Of a DNA stretch of 52,194 bases, positions 38,486 to 50,558 are shown in pieces. The DNA lies in assembly GCA_043228905.1 (NCBI GenBank), contig JBHGNT010000210.1, forward strand, positions 1 through 52,194, in the 5' to 3' direction. The position numbers and the translations under genes were made by a program. The notes below the pieces were generated by a model that was given only the letters and a program-made list of their open reading frames with translations, was not told the origin of the DNA and did no database searches. The stretch comes from Azolla caroliniana (Eukaryota; Plantae; Polypodiophyta). The first letter of the stretch is position 1. Each line of letters opens with the position of its first letter.

Positions 38486-38630
38486 AATTGACGAGAAATA
38501 TGCGGAATAATCTCCGGCCACAACCGAAGCGTAGATCACTTGATGAGAATCAAACACAGAAGAAATGGGAATGGAGATAAGTACACAAATAGAAAGAGAA
38601 TACACAGGATGTTAACGTGGAAAACCCTGA

Positions 38631-40133
38631 CAAAACAAGCTGCTTGACTGCATAGGGCATCTTTGATCTTAGGCTTGGACTAGTCCTCTTGTGCCGGAAA
38701 CAAGAGTGGAAAAGAAATTGAGGTCATCGGTAGTCTATTCTTGTGTACCGCCGATACATGTACCCTTATTTTGTCCACTATCGTATGCCCTATACCTAGC
38801 CATTTCAGAGCATTTTGCGGGTGTGGTTCAAGGTCCTGGCTAGATGTATCACACTCATTTATGGTTGGGAAGGCTATGATCTGAGGCGTGATATTCAAAC
38901 TACTGCCTTGGTTTGTTGTTTCTCCATTGGGTGCAGTTCTATTAAAGCTCCGCATTAGGGTCTTAACGTGACTTATCCTTCGCCGCTTCCATGTTTTGTA
39001 AGCTTTAATGAGGATTTTCTCTTGTGTGTTTGGAGTCACCTTGGGCCTTTCCTTGGGGTTTAAGAAAGCACTAGGGGAGTGTTTATCTATGGGAGGGAGA
39101 TCTTATAGTAGATCAAAACGATTGGGACTCACTGTTGATGAAGGATTTTGTGACTGTGGAGTTTTACGTCGGGCATGGGATTTCCCCACCACTCGCCATT
39201 CCATCACAACCTTATCGGGTCGTGGTGGGGGAGGCTTCTGATTTTCTATGGTGTCCCGACCTTCCAAGGTCTCCATGGTGGGATCCTTAATGCGTCTCAT
39301 GGGGCAGTTCTTTTTTAAATGACCAAGCTTTTTGCATGCAAAATATTGTCCCGGTGCGTCGATCACTTCTATGCGTTGTTCAATCCGTATTCCGTTTTCC
39401 CTGGAATGAGGATCTTGGAAGGAAGTTTGTAGATGTCATGCACCTAGAGGCAGATAGAGGGATGGCCTAGGTGTTTCTTTAGCCTGTCCGCTAGCGTTAG
39501 TTCCTCGTCCAACATCAAACCCAATGAGTTTCCAATAGTAGGAAGTAACATGTTGTATTCTAATGATAATCCCGGAAACAACATTGTTACCTTCTTCATG
39601 GAATCATCTTGTTGCACGGCTTTCTCTGGGTTAAAACCATGTGTCCATTTACGCATGAACAACCATGTGTTTCGGACCTGGCAGGGAGATATTGCTATGA
39701 GGTTTGTTGCAGAATCCTTGTCCTCTAGTATGATTTGATAGAAGCCTTTACCAAGTGGTTGGACTTCTTTTATACCACCTATTTGTGAATGAAATTTAGC
39801 TTGCAACATATCTCGCAACAATCCTCAGTTTGGTCGTGATCCCATCAGGCGGCATATGACCGCTATTCACTCAAGGCACTCTATCTCTTGCTCAAGTAGA
39901 ACTATTTCTTCGTTATTGAAAATAATCTCAACAGGACCCCTGCTATTAGAGTTGTGTTTATCTTGCATTTTTCCCACTTTTCGAACTATTAGGGGGGTGG
40001 TGTCTCCCACTTCTCGAACTGGGAGGGGAAACCTAAATGAGCAAGGCGAGGAGGCTGTGACGACACTGACTGTGGGTCGTCTACAGAAATGGGCAGAGAG
40101 GGGCTTTTGTGCCCCACGTCTGCAGACCTCCAC
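38631..40133 (-). pseudogene. L1 ORF1 (DUF4283-like region plus zinc knuckle), fragmented
   Basis: LGKGFYQI..LFMRKW..GFNP, LFPGL..EY..L..IGNSLG, FACKKLGHLKKNCP. Confidence 0.85.
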
Positions 40134-40858
40134 CCTGCATTAGCGCGGTTCAAACCTGCTTTGGCTTCGTTTCCGCTTCACCTCTTTCTCCGCTGCTCCG
40201 CTGCTCCGCTGCTCCGGATCTCCTACTTCATTGTTGAAGTGCTCACGCCCCACGTCTGCAGACCTCCGCCTTACATTGGCACGCCGTTTCCGCTTCACCT
40301 CCTGCTCTGTTGCTCCGCTCTTTGATCAACTTTTCTCTTTGAGCAAATTATGGGTAATGATGATCACCTTAAATAATATTATGTGATATCCACTCCACAT
40401 TGATGTAAATTATTTGAGAGTATTTCAAACCTTGTAAAATAAACACTTACTTAAGAAAACCACTTCAGCTAAATCTTATTGTTTGTAATGGAAGATTACT
40501 TTGCAATTGTCAAGCCAACATATGCAAACTATATGAAGGTACTTCAAACCTTATGAAATAAATAAGTATTTAGTAAAAAACTTCTAGCAAAAACTTATCA
40601 GCCTTTATGGAAAATCAAGAGCGAGTTTAGATGCAATCACAACCACAGGGCATTTTTATTAAAAACACCTCCTAAAATTTATTGTATCTATTGGAAGATC
40701 AAGATCTGTCATGTGCTTGCCACAAAGCAATCACCATAAGGAAACTCATAAGCCTTTGTTAGTTAACTGTCTTACACCTAGTGCCTACATATTTTAACAA
40801 CATGGACATCAACATTGGTATCCAACACCAAGTGTGATACAAGGAAAAATGGGGGGGA

Positions 40859-40860
<2 letters not shown>

Positions 40861-40935
<75 letters not shown>
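40861..40935. repeat. (AG)n microsatellite
   Basis: Direct reading. Confidence 0.97.
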
Positions 40936-40940
<5 letters not shown>

Positions 40941-41395
40941 CAAGTTTTAACCCGTTGTTGTTTGAGACCTCAGCAATGGGTTTCTCAATATGTTCAAAAT
41001 GGTTCAAATGATGAGATGGAGATATTGTTTCAATTTTTATGTTATTGGGGTCTACAACACAATTGGAATATGCGTAATGCTTTCATGTTTGATAATAGAC
41101 ATGGGGTGAAAGACTATATAAAGAAGCTTAAAGGTATTCTCATGTGGATTTTTTGGATGTTAGAGCATGGTGGGATCATTTCCTCAAATGTATATTAAGG
41201 TTTTTTAATAGCGTTACAGAATGTCCCTCTCCCTACATAGGCATATGATAGGTAGAGGAGACTAAGAAGTGTTGTAACTAAGTGGATTTTACATACAATT
41301 AATATAATTGTGTGCTTGCTTTTACCAAAAGAGATAGATAGATAGATTATATTATTGTCTTCGGAGGTCAAATATGACCTATGAGACCAAAAATA

Positions 41396-44300
41396 TTACA
41401 TTTCACGTGATACGTGTGAAGGTGAGTAGCGACTCTTGATGTTCAAGAACTTTACCAATGAATGTTGGAATCGAGAGTGCACATCGTGATTGTGAGAGAA
41501 ATTTGTGCAAGGATTGGGCTTGATCGAAGAGATGTGGAAAGCATGGTCGAATATGATCAAGGCAGAGCATTGTATCAAAGTGTGATACTCCGACTCTTGA
41601 ACTTGTTTAGGGCAAAGTGTGCATAGTCGGCCACTCTCATCACTTGTGCCCCAACGCCCCGTCTCACATCTCAATGCGTGCGAGCTAAGACACATGGAAG
41701 CAATGGTTCGAATGGCAAATATCGGGATGGGCTCTAACATGTATCGATGTGTACGGCTTCCCCGTTCCACGAACAATATAGTTTTGTAGTTAGGTGCAAC
41801 ATTTGTAGTATAATGTGTGAAGCATGAGCCACCACATTTGTCCCATGTCATGATACATTGGCGTTGCAAAAAGGCCTCATTTACAGAGGAATCTAGTGAC
41901 GCATCATGAAGCAAGTGTCTTGCATCCCATCTACCAAACCATTTTTCTAAATCTTGCATCCAATCGGAACACAAAATTTTGCTTTTATGCGTCTTTTGGA
42001 TCTTTTTGCTTGCTTCCCATGCAATTCTAGGAAGTCGATGTGAGGGGCTTTTTTGAACCTTAAGCATGTATTCAACAACCCTTTCCATGGCCATGATCTC
42101 AATGGGAAGCGATCCCCTCTCAAGGAGGAGGAGGGTGTAGGGTGTTTGTTTCTTAACTTGTAGAAACTTTGTAAGAAAATGTTTTTGGACATTTTCAAAT
42201 TCTTTCCACGTAGATTTAGGGATGCTACCACCCCATACTTCCACCCCATAGAGAAGAACCGGGGTCACCAAAGTGTTAAAAAGATATTTCTTGAGGACCC
42301 AACACTTAATATCTCCAATATTGCATGTGTTCTCAAATGAATAATATGCTCGCTTACCCGCCTCTAAGTGGCGTGTAGCACATTCATTCCATTTATGATT
42401 TGAAGGAACTTCAAGGCCAAGATATTTGAAGCTTTCCACACATTCAAGTGGCTCATTGTTGTATGTAATGCATGGTTTATCTCTTTTTTGACTCTTCACA
42501 AGCATAATCTTTGTTTTAGAGCTATTGACACTTAATCTAGCATGCATGCAAAATTTTTCCAATGCCTTCATAAGCTTTTGTGCATCTCCTGAAGTATTTG
42601 CAAAAAGCACTACATCATCCACATATAACAAAAGCATAATCACAACATTCCCAATGGCAACTTCTTCAACACATTCTTCCTTTACAAACTTGGTAACCAT
42701 TTCTTCTAATTCATCAATGTATAGACCAAATAATGTTGGTGTGAGTGGGCATCCTTGCTTAACACCAATAGTGCTATTAAAAAAATCTGAAAGTCTATCT
42801 CTCATACGCACACAACATATAACCTTCTCATATATTCGGGAAATTGCAAGCATATATTCACTTGGCACCTCAAGTACTTCCATCCGCCGCCTCCAAAGAT
42901 GCTCACGAGGTACCATATCAAAAGCTTTCTTGAAGTCTACAAAGCAACAATATAAACCTTTACCCTTAAGGCGACTTTCCTCCATTAATACTCGAAGAGT
43001 GACAAGATGATCAATGGTGCTATGGTGTTTTCGAAAACCAGCTTGTCCATAAGATCTCTTACCATTTTTTTTGCCCATACACTTATGTTTGATTCCATTA
43101 TACATCCAAATAGTTTTGCCATTAATGAGCCAACCATGACATTGGTTTGATAGTTGTTTACATTATTTACATCTCTGCCTTTATGTAAAGGTTTGATCCA
43201 ATTTGTAGTCCATTCATATGGCATATCATGTTGCAATGCATCATTAAACATATCACATATCCATATATGTGCTTCCTTTCCCGTCCATTTGAGCATTTCA
43301 GCTTTTATACATTGAAGATTGCTTGCCTTTCGTGAGGCCAATTTCTTAAGTCCTATGCATATATCTTCAATTGTAAAGAAGGGAGACATATGTGAAAGAG
43401 AACTATAACACATCATCTTTCTGGCAAGAGATAACTCATATAAATTCTTACAATGCATAGACAAGTCATGAAGAGTTAAGTCACCATAACTCTCAACACG
43501 TTTCCCCTTTAGGTTTCCCCAAAATTTAGCACATGCATGTGCTTTCTTTGCGTTTGGAGAAGTTGTTGGGTAACTTCCCATATTCGTCTCTTTCTTTGAA
43601 TAAGCCTTTAATAGTCACACAAATGCTTTTGGTAATATTCTTTATCCTTAACTACATCCAAAACCATAAGGCACTTTCGAGCTTCATGAAATTCTTTATC
43701 AAACCATTTTTTCTTCCATTTCTTGGTGCATTTCCACGATGTGTGGTTGGTTGAAAAACATTTGTTTGTACAAGAGAGAACGACATTCTTAAAAGCTTCC
43801 CATTTGCATTCTAGTGTGGCACCATGTTGTGTCTTTGTAATTTGTAACATATCCTCAACCATCTTGGAATACCTGGGCACTTGCTTAAGATTCATGCTCA
43901 CGTGCGTTTGTTTACTATCTTCAATGACCTTCTCGCAATCAAACCTATGCATACATTTGAGATCAATACATAAATTCCTATGATCGAATTCCGGTGTCCA
44001 TTCCCCCAGTGAGAATTTATGTATACGATCCAAAATACCTTCGGAAAGTAGCACATAGTCAATCACACTATTTCCATTGTGTTTTCTACATGTAAAGCCA
44101 TTAGTATTGGGCCATAAGGAAACACCATTTGCAATAAGCAATCTGGTACTATTGCACATTTGTAGGAGTAGTTTCCCAAATTGGTTTGGATCTTTTTCAT
44201 TGCTAGAAGATCGACTATACATTTGCATATCCTCTTGCATCCTTGAGATATGTGGCATAGAAGATTCTTGTGAATCAAGTTGGAAACTTCTTGTACGAGC

Positions 44301-44780
44301 ATTCATGTCACCAAAGACAATAACTTCCCCTTTGGATTTGAAATAAGCAATATCATCTTCTAGATTTGCAAAAGGTTGATCTTTATCCAAATAAGCATAG
44401 AAGTTAGAATCTTGATGAGTAATGTAACATCCAATGACAAAAGTGGGCAAATCATTAGGTGTTTCTATTTTGAGCCATATGTAGCATTTATGTTCCTCAT
44501 TTTTTATGATTGTCACATATTTCTCTATTTCCTTCTTAATCAAACATGCCACCCTTCCTTGTCCTCTTCTTTGTCTTGGATTTTTCTCCCATATCAAAGA
44601 GTGTACATTATAGTTTCCTAAACCTTGAATCCTTTGAGTATCATGCTCCCATGTTTCAACAAGAAGTGTGATATCCGAGTCCTCGATGAACTCCTCTATG
44701 CCGAATCCCGCATTCCATGGGTATCCATTGCAATTCCAAAAACATAGTCGTAAAAGATGTGGTTTAGTCTCATAGGTCAC
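41396..44780 (-). pseudogene. LINE ORF2: AP endonuclease, RT and C-terminal Cys/His motif; frameshifted
   Basis: FWNCNG, LVETW, GDMNART, SVIDYVL, DHR; QAGFR, VDFKKAFD, GVKQGCPLTPTLF, YVDD, FKYLG; LRCETGRW..CTLC..ESEYH..C. Confidence 0.93.
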
Positions 44781-44786
44781 GTGTTC

Positions 44787-45638
44787 CTATTTGCCTACAT
44801 TTCCATCTTTAAGCACATCCTTAACCTTATTTTTCAATCTTTCTTCATATGATTTACGACGGGCATTTTGTTGTGAGATAGTACGATCTTCACTCACAAA
44901 GCATTGCGTACCTTTGAGGTATACCCAACTATTTTCGAGTATGATCCACCGCTTTGTATCATCTGTCATTGTGCATACAATGGGCCATTCTCCGGAGCGA
45001 GTAACACCATGTTTCCCAACTGGGTGTGCCTCATATACATTCACATCTGACATCCCATAATGTATGCTAAAAAATTCACCAATGACCTTTCCAAGGGAAG
45101 TGGGTGTTTCCATACTCTCCTCTTTAATCCCATGGATAACAATGTTCTTTGATCTTCGTTCACGCTCTTTCAATTCTAGGGCATCTATATTTTCTATATT
45201 AGATGAGTTTGATACCCCATCCCCACCACATACATCGGCCCATGATTTCGTTGTACATACATTTTTCATCTCACTTACATCCCGCCTCATTGTGTCAAAT
45301 TTTTCTTCTTTTAATGCTTCCTTTAACTCAATCTTATTAAGGTGCTCATTTGTTTCGAAAGAAGCTCTTTTACATTCTTGAATCGATTCTTCAATTTTTG
45401 CAACCACTTTCTTAAGAATTTCATTCTCAATGGCAATAGTTTGGAGCTTAGCATTCTCTTTCATTAACATCCTAATCTCTTCACCTTGCTTGTTTATGGT
45501 TTCTTGAAGAGAAATCAAGTGACTCATAAGCATTTTGTCCATTGTGTTTATTATATTGGAATCAACATTTGTTGGTGATTTCGGTTCATTATCAATCATA
45601 CTCCCGAATTTTGAGGCGGCCTTACGAGTGTGTGTCAT
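44787..45638 (-). CDS. LINE ORF1 (coiled coil plus RRM-like domain), open 283 aa
   Basis: Heptad-rich N-terminal half; ERRSKNIVIHGIKE and FVSEDRT motifs typical of CR1/L2/RTEX-type ORF1; lies directly upstream of ORF2. Confidence 0.8.
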   Translation of the reverse strand: MTHTRKAASKFGSMIDNEPKSPTNVDSNIINTMDKMLMSHLISLQETINKQGEEIRMLMKENAKLQTIAIENEILKKVVAKIEESIQECKRASFETNEHLNKIELKEALKEEKFDTMRRDVSEMKNVCTTKSWADVCGGDGVSNSSNIENIDALELKERERRSKNIVIHGIKEESMETPTSLGKVIGEFFSIHYGMSDVNVYEAHPVGKHGVTRSGEWPIVCTMTDDTKRWIILENSWVYLKGTQCFVSEDRTISQQNARRKSYEERLKNKVKDVLKDGNVGK

Positions 45639-47181
45639 TGTAGAACCAAACCCTATGAGAAGAGAGAGAGGGAGAGAGAAAATGTACCTTTCACTTGATT
45701 TAGGGCTTCAAAATATACCTTGCGTTTGGGGAGCCGTGGGGCAAAGATGGATGTGGATGAAAATGCTCATAACTTCTGACCCCAGTAATGGAATTTAGTA
45801 AATGAACATTCCTTAGAAAGCTCTCTGAAAGAGCTTTCCAATGAGTTATAGAATGTAAAAAATGATGGCTGGAGTGAAACGAGAGAGAGAAAGAGAGAGG
45901 ACGAGAGAGAGAGAGAGAGAGAGTCCATTGTTATTTGCCATTGTTACACATCCTTTGTTAGTAATGTTGTCCAATCTTATGGGTGGTGTTCATATTGTGG
46001 GCTTGCATTAGTAGCACAAGCTCAAAAGAAAATCTTGAAAGGAGTACACAAGTTTGGGATAAATTTGTCTTGGCTTTAGGCTTGTATATAAATGGGAGGA
46101 AGTCTCGCCTTATTTTTTTATGGAGAGTGATTTGGAATGTTTGGGATGACGACGGTTAGAGATTACACGAGGATCAATTTATCGACATTTTGGGTATCCA
46201 GTGGGTGTGTGCAAATGTCCAATTGATGGAATGGGTTCATGTGGTTGATTATAAATATACATTGAAACAACATTGTTCAATTTGGGTGACTATTGATTGT
46301 AGTAACTCATTCTTTTAGGAATCACTACTAGAATTGATGTCTCAACTTTGTAAACATTTGGTTCTCCTCATGCTAATTCTTTGAACAAATGTAGATTTTG
46401 CATGTTATGGGACAGAAGTTGTAAACTTCTAGGGGATAATCATGCGGATGGTGTGATGACAAGAAGGCAAGATTGATATGACGTTATCGCGAAAAGAATT
46501 CTATTTGTAAAAAACCGCTTACAATATTTGTTTGCCAAAAGTTATTTAGCAAGATTCGAACTTAAATCCTCTCTTGGAAACAAGGTTTATCAAATAAACC
46601 ACTTCAACTACTCTCTTTCTCTAATAACTTAACTTTCTTTCTTACATAACTTGTTTATCATTGAACTCACAACCTGTATTTGGGAAAAGTTTATGAGATA
46701 AACCACTTAACCAATTTTCTTCTCTTGTTTTGTCCTTTTTACTAGTATTTGTCTTGGATTACGCAAGTCACCATCTTCTTGAGCAACCACATGAGCTTCT
46801 TTCCTTGCGTTCCTCTCTTCTTCCTCTTCTTCTTTCGTCCTCTCCCTTTAGCCACGCTGGGAGTGGCTTTTATAGGGGGTCAACCACCCTGCCACCCTCC
46901 TTGAGGTGGTTCACAAACCGCCTCATGCATGGGCGGTTGCGTCTCTCTCTCTCTTATTAAAATTAATTAATTAACTATTATAAGTTTTTACAAATTCTAT
47001 TTTGTAATTGTACATTTTTGAATCCCCTATTTGATATAATTACACATTTGTCCCGAGTAGCATTGATCCTTCCGAAGGCTGTATCTTGGGCTTCTGAACT
47101 CTAATTCATGAATCAAAAAATTGTACAAAGCAAGCTCCAGATGGAAAATTTACTTCTCAAGATTTTTAACATTGTTTCGAT

Positions 47182-48295
47182 CAGGGCCTGAATTTGACGG
47201 GTTGGTCTTGTTTTTTGACGGTCACTTTTTAAAGATGTATGTCATATGACATGAGACTACCAAAACTAACATGTCATTTGACATACAAGTTTTAATAATG
47301 AAAACCATATGATACTTGAACTATAGAAAGTATACAAAGATACACAAATAAACATAACTACCTCACAAAGATAATGAAATCATACAAATTGAATATTTAA
47401 ATCATCATATATTTCTTAAAACCCAAAAAACACAAAAAATGTTTATCATACATTGACTCCTCATATTAAGCATTGTAAAATATGTGTCTACTTCAATGAT
47501 AATATCCTTCTCTCTTTTTTTTCATACCAAAGGTTAAATATATCCCTCCAACAAATGTTTGAAGTATCTTGAGCATTCAAGGATATAAACATCAAAGCAT
47601 CTAAAGTTTCCAAAGATAAACCGTTTCTAATATCATTTTTTATGATATTTTGACGTGAAAAATCTCGTTCACATGCTGTTGTACTAATAGGAATAGTCAT
47701 ACATAGTTGCCACAATTGCATAATACCCGGAAATAATTACCACCAAGGTTGTGCTTTGCAACAAATATCCCATGCATCATGCATTCCTCTTCCTTTAGCA
47801 ATTCTAACAAGCATACCAACAAAATCTTCTCGTTCATTGAAGCATCTTTTCATGTCAACAATTTGCCTATCAATATTAAACTTCGCAATAAGTTTGTGCA
47901 ACCATTCCGTTGTCTTTTTCTCTCCTTCATTTTCCTCAATGGGATATGAAGACGGATTAAACAACTTGACAGCATTGAAAAATGTAACATCTGGGAAACG
48001 ATTGTTTAAGTCATCAATAACATGTTGGAGAAAGTCCTTTCCAATGCTAATGCATTCATCCAAACTACCATTTTCCACATTACCATGAAACATATTCAAG
48101 TTGAAATCACTATCTTCATTCTCACTATCAAGACCACTTACTAGTCTTCTAGATCGTTTTGTTACCTCCTTTGGGTTTGGAATTGGTATAAACTTCAATA
48201 GATGTGAATGCATAACATTATCACATCCAATATATGTGAGTATGCCATCTTTCACATTATCTAGAAAGTTTGCAAGAAACATAGACTCAGTGCCA
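47182..48295 (-). mobile_element. hAT DNA transposon 3' remnant (transposase C-terminus with dimerisation domain, plus probable terminus)
   Basis: DLNNRFP and TIPISTTACERDFSRQNIIK..RNGL..ETLDALMFI (47488-48282). CAGGGCCTGAATTTGACGG at 47182 resembles a hAT terminus with TTTGACGG subterminal repeats. Confidence 0.8.
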
Positions 48296-48349
48296 AATCA
48301 AAGTGCCTAACAATCAAGAAACATTCCTTTTTTGAGAATAGTGGCCTAG

Positions 48350-48900
48350 CAATCGAAGTGCCTAAGATCAAGTTCATGGTGAGAAGCAATGTCTAATCTG
48401 ACAGTCAATAGCCTGTAGAGTATCATGAAGAGGAGGCATTTGAAGTGGTTCACAGTTTCAAACACCTCAGTGTTGCCATACCTAGTCAGCACACTTGGAA
48501 TACATGGTGAATGAAACCACACAGATTCATACTATGAATTTGAGAGCATGTGGCACTTGAGCACAACCCAAAGATGGGAGATTAGAACAATGTCATTTGT
48601 ATGCATGCATCACACAAATTCTGCTTTGCAAAAAAGGTATCGGAGGAAGCATTTCAGCAAGCTCGTGGAATGAAACAATGAAAGTATAAAAGAGATTTCA
48701 CTGCCTTCATTTAGGGGGTTAAGAGCACAACCCCAATACATCTAGAAACGGGACGAAAGCTAATCAAGTGGTGTGAACTTCAAAGGGGTTATTCCAAGAA
48801 AATATCGAAAGTAAGGATGACAACATGAGATTGTATCCTCAATGCAGAATGTGAGACCATGTTTTACTCTACGAGAGGTCATATGAAATGGAGATTAGCT
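48350..48900 (+). pseudogene. Eroded RT fragment related to the 41.3-45.8 kb LINE
   Basis: KIKFMV, EAFEVVHSFKHLSVAIPSQHTWN, GGSISASSWNE, VKSTTP..LETG align by eye to EPLECVESFKYLGLEVPSNHKWN, GGSIPKSTWKE, VKKQTP..LERG. Confidence 0.7.
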
Positions 48901-50245
48901 AGTCATAGATCTAAATTGAAGTGCTATTCCAGGTGCATTTATACTCGATATTAAGAGAATTATTGGGGAGGTTGGCCAATGCCCAAGCACAAAATAGGTC
49001 CAAACATGAGATTAGTTTCTTGTAATAATTTGCGATCTCTCACTGTTTGTTAAGACAAGAATAGGGGAGGGTAGGAGGAGAGACAAATAGATTGATTTGT
49101 CATATTATTGCCGCCCATGATGACCCCCATGACTATGGCCACCCCTCAAATAAGTGGGGATCGAACCCGAGTCAAATAAGCGAGGAATGCATTCGAGCGA
49201 GAAAATAGAGAGAAATAGAAAAAAAAGAAACAAATACATACCTCAGAGTGGTGGCAAATAGCAGATGTGCAATCACCGAGAAGCGACAAGGAGCAACGAG
49301 TAGTGAGTGTGCTGGGAGCAATGGGCAACGACCAAGGAATAGGGAGTAGGAAGCGAGAAGAAGGAGCAGGAAGAAGGAAAGCAAGAAAAGAGAAAAGAGT
49401 GGGAAAAGAGAAAGAGGGGGGATTTGGGAATTTAGAAATGAAACATTGAAAGCATAGTTATTAGTCACGACTCACTACTCACATTATACATAATACATAT
49501 ACAGTTATACTTTTATAAAATGTACATACTACAATGTACATTATAATAGTATATGTCTTTGTAGTATCATGTATGTACATTTTATGGTATGTACATATAC
49601 TACAATCTACAATATATATAGTACATATTACAATATTAAATATACTATATATAATATTTATTATGACATTATACAATGTCATATATATATGACATGGAAA
49701 ACAAATTTTTAGCATGTCATTTGACTTGTATAAGTTTTGGGCGCCTTTCACATGAAAAATGAAAATTGTAAGTTTTGTTATACGCAGTGCTCGGCCACAA
49801 CCGAGAAATAGGATTAACTTTCAGAAAACAGGAATTACAAAATACACGAAGATAATGGGGAGAAGAGTACACAGGATATTTTACGTGGAAAACCCTAAGT
49901 GGGAAAAACCACGGGAGTCCTCAAACTCCAACTATCACTATATGCAGAGATGTACAATGATGAAGCTACAAGGCAACAACCTTGAGCTCACAGTCTTCGC
50001 CACAGGCGGCGGTAATACACTGAGGCAACGACCTCTTCGTCTCTCACACTCTCTCGGCTGCTCTCACTTCGCTCCCTCTTCGTGGAAAACAGAAAATGAG
50101 CAACAACAACATAAAACTGTTTGCCCTAAGTCATATTTATACACATATGACTTTTGGGCTATTTACAAATATAGCCTCAAGGGCTCTTGGCAAACATATT
50201 CACAAATATGTCCCCGCATCCGGATCTCTCTCCGGGTACATTCGT

Positions 50246-50490
50246 CATCCGGCTCCGTAACCGGGGTCTTCAGCATCCGGCTCCGTAACCGGGGTCTTCA
50301 TCATCCGGCTCCGTAACCGGGGTCTTCATCATCCGGCTCCGTAACCGGGGTCTTCAGCATCCGGCTCCGTAACCGGGGTCTTCATCATCCGGCTCCGTAA
50401 CCGGGGTCTTCATCATCCGGCTCCGTATCCGGGTACTCTTTATCCGGCTTCATGCCGGGTACTCTTCATCATCCGGTTCCGTAACCGCAA
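50246..50490. repeat. 28-bp tandem array in the U3 region of the Copia-5 LTR
   Basis: Unit CATCCGGCTCCGTAACCGGGGTCTTCA(G/T), about 7 near-perfect copies plus degenerate ones, with no spacers. Confidence 0.93.
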
Positions 50491-50558
50491 CCGGGCTTGC
50501 CGTCATTCATCTCCGGACATCCCATCCGGAGGGACCGAAATCCCAACAAACTCCCCCT

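Larger units (their letters stand above)
32750..38630 (-). mobile_element. Ty1/Copia element (Copia-4, Tnt1/Tork-like), degenerate, 5' LTR truncated
   Basis: 3' LTR 32750-33313 with adjacent PPT; 5' LTR remnant 38489-38630; iMet PBS 38474-38485. gag (KLTGSNYSVW, CFYCGKPGH), PR (WVVDSRASFH), INT (LVHTDV, PELNGLAER), RT (YKARIVVKGF), RH (WQSRLQKTVALSTT). Confidence 0.93.
7860..40318 (-). mobile_element. L1-clade LINE, one insertion fragmented and expanded by nested LTR elements
   Basis: 16-bp direct repeat TCTTTGATCAACTTTT at 7844-7859 and 40319-40334. A short poly(T) (the poly(A) tail) abuts the left copy. ORF1 lies near the right end, and RT and C-terminal ORF2 fragments are in the expected order once nested elements are removed. 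Confidence 0.85.
41332..45800 (-). mobile_element. Near full-length non-L1 LINE (RTEX/L2-like) with a short tandem-repeat 3' tail
   Basis: ORF1 followed by an APE-RT ORF2; (TCTA)n tail at about 41332-41347. The 5' boundary is approximate and no TSD was found. Confidence 0.85.

Noticed and set aside
38630-38634. ACAAA as the second TSD copy of Copia-4
   Set aside because: The LTR is truncated here and the following sequence is L1 ORF1, not Copia-3 integrase. It is most likely coincidence or deletion microhomology.
45817-45839. Palindrome GAAAGCTCT-ctgaa-AGAGCTTTC
   Set aside because: A short palindrome of a type common in plant TE subterminal DNA; no associated element boundaries could be defined.
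50246-50490. CRISPR-like array
   Set aside because: Units are head-to-tail with no unique spacers, lie inside a eukaryotic LTR, and no cas genes are present.
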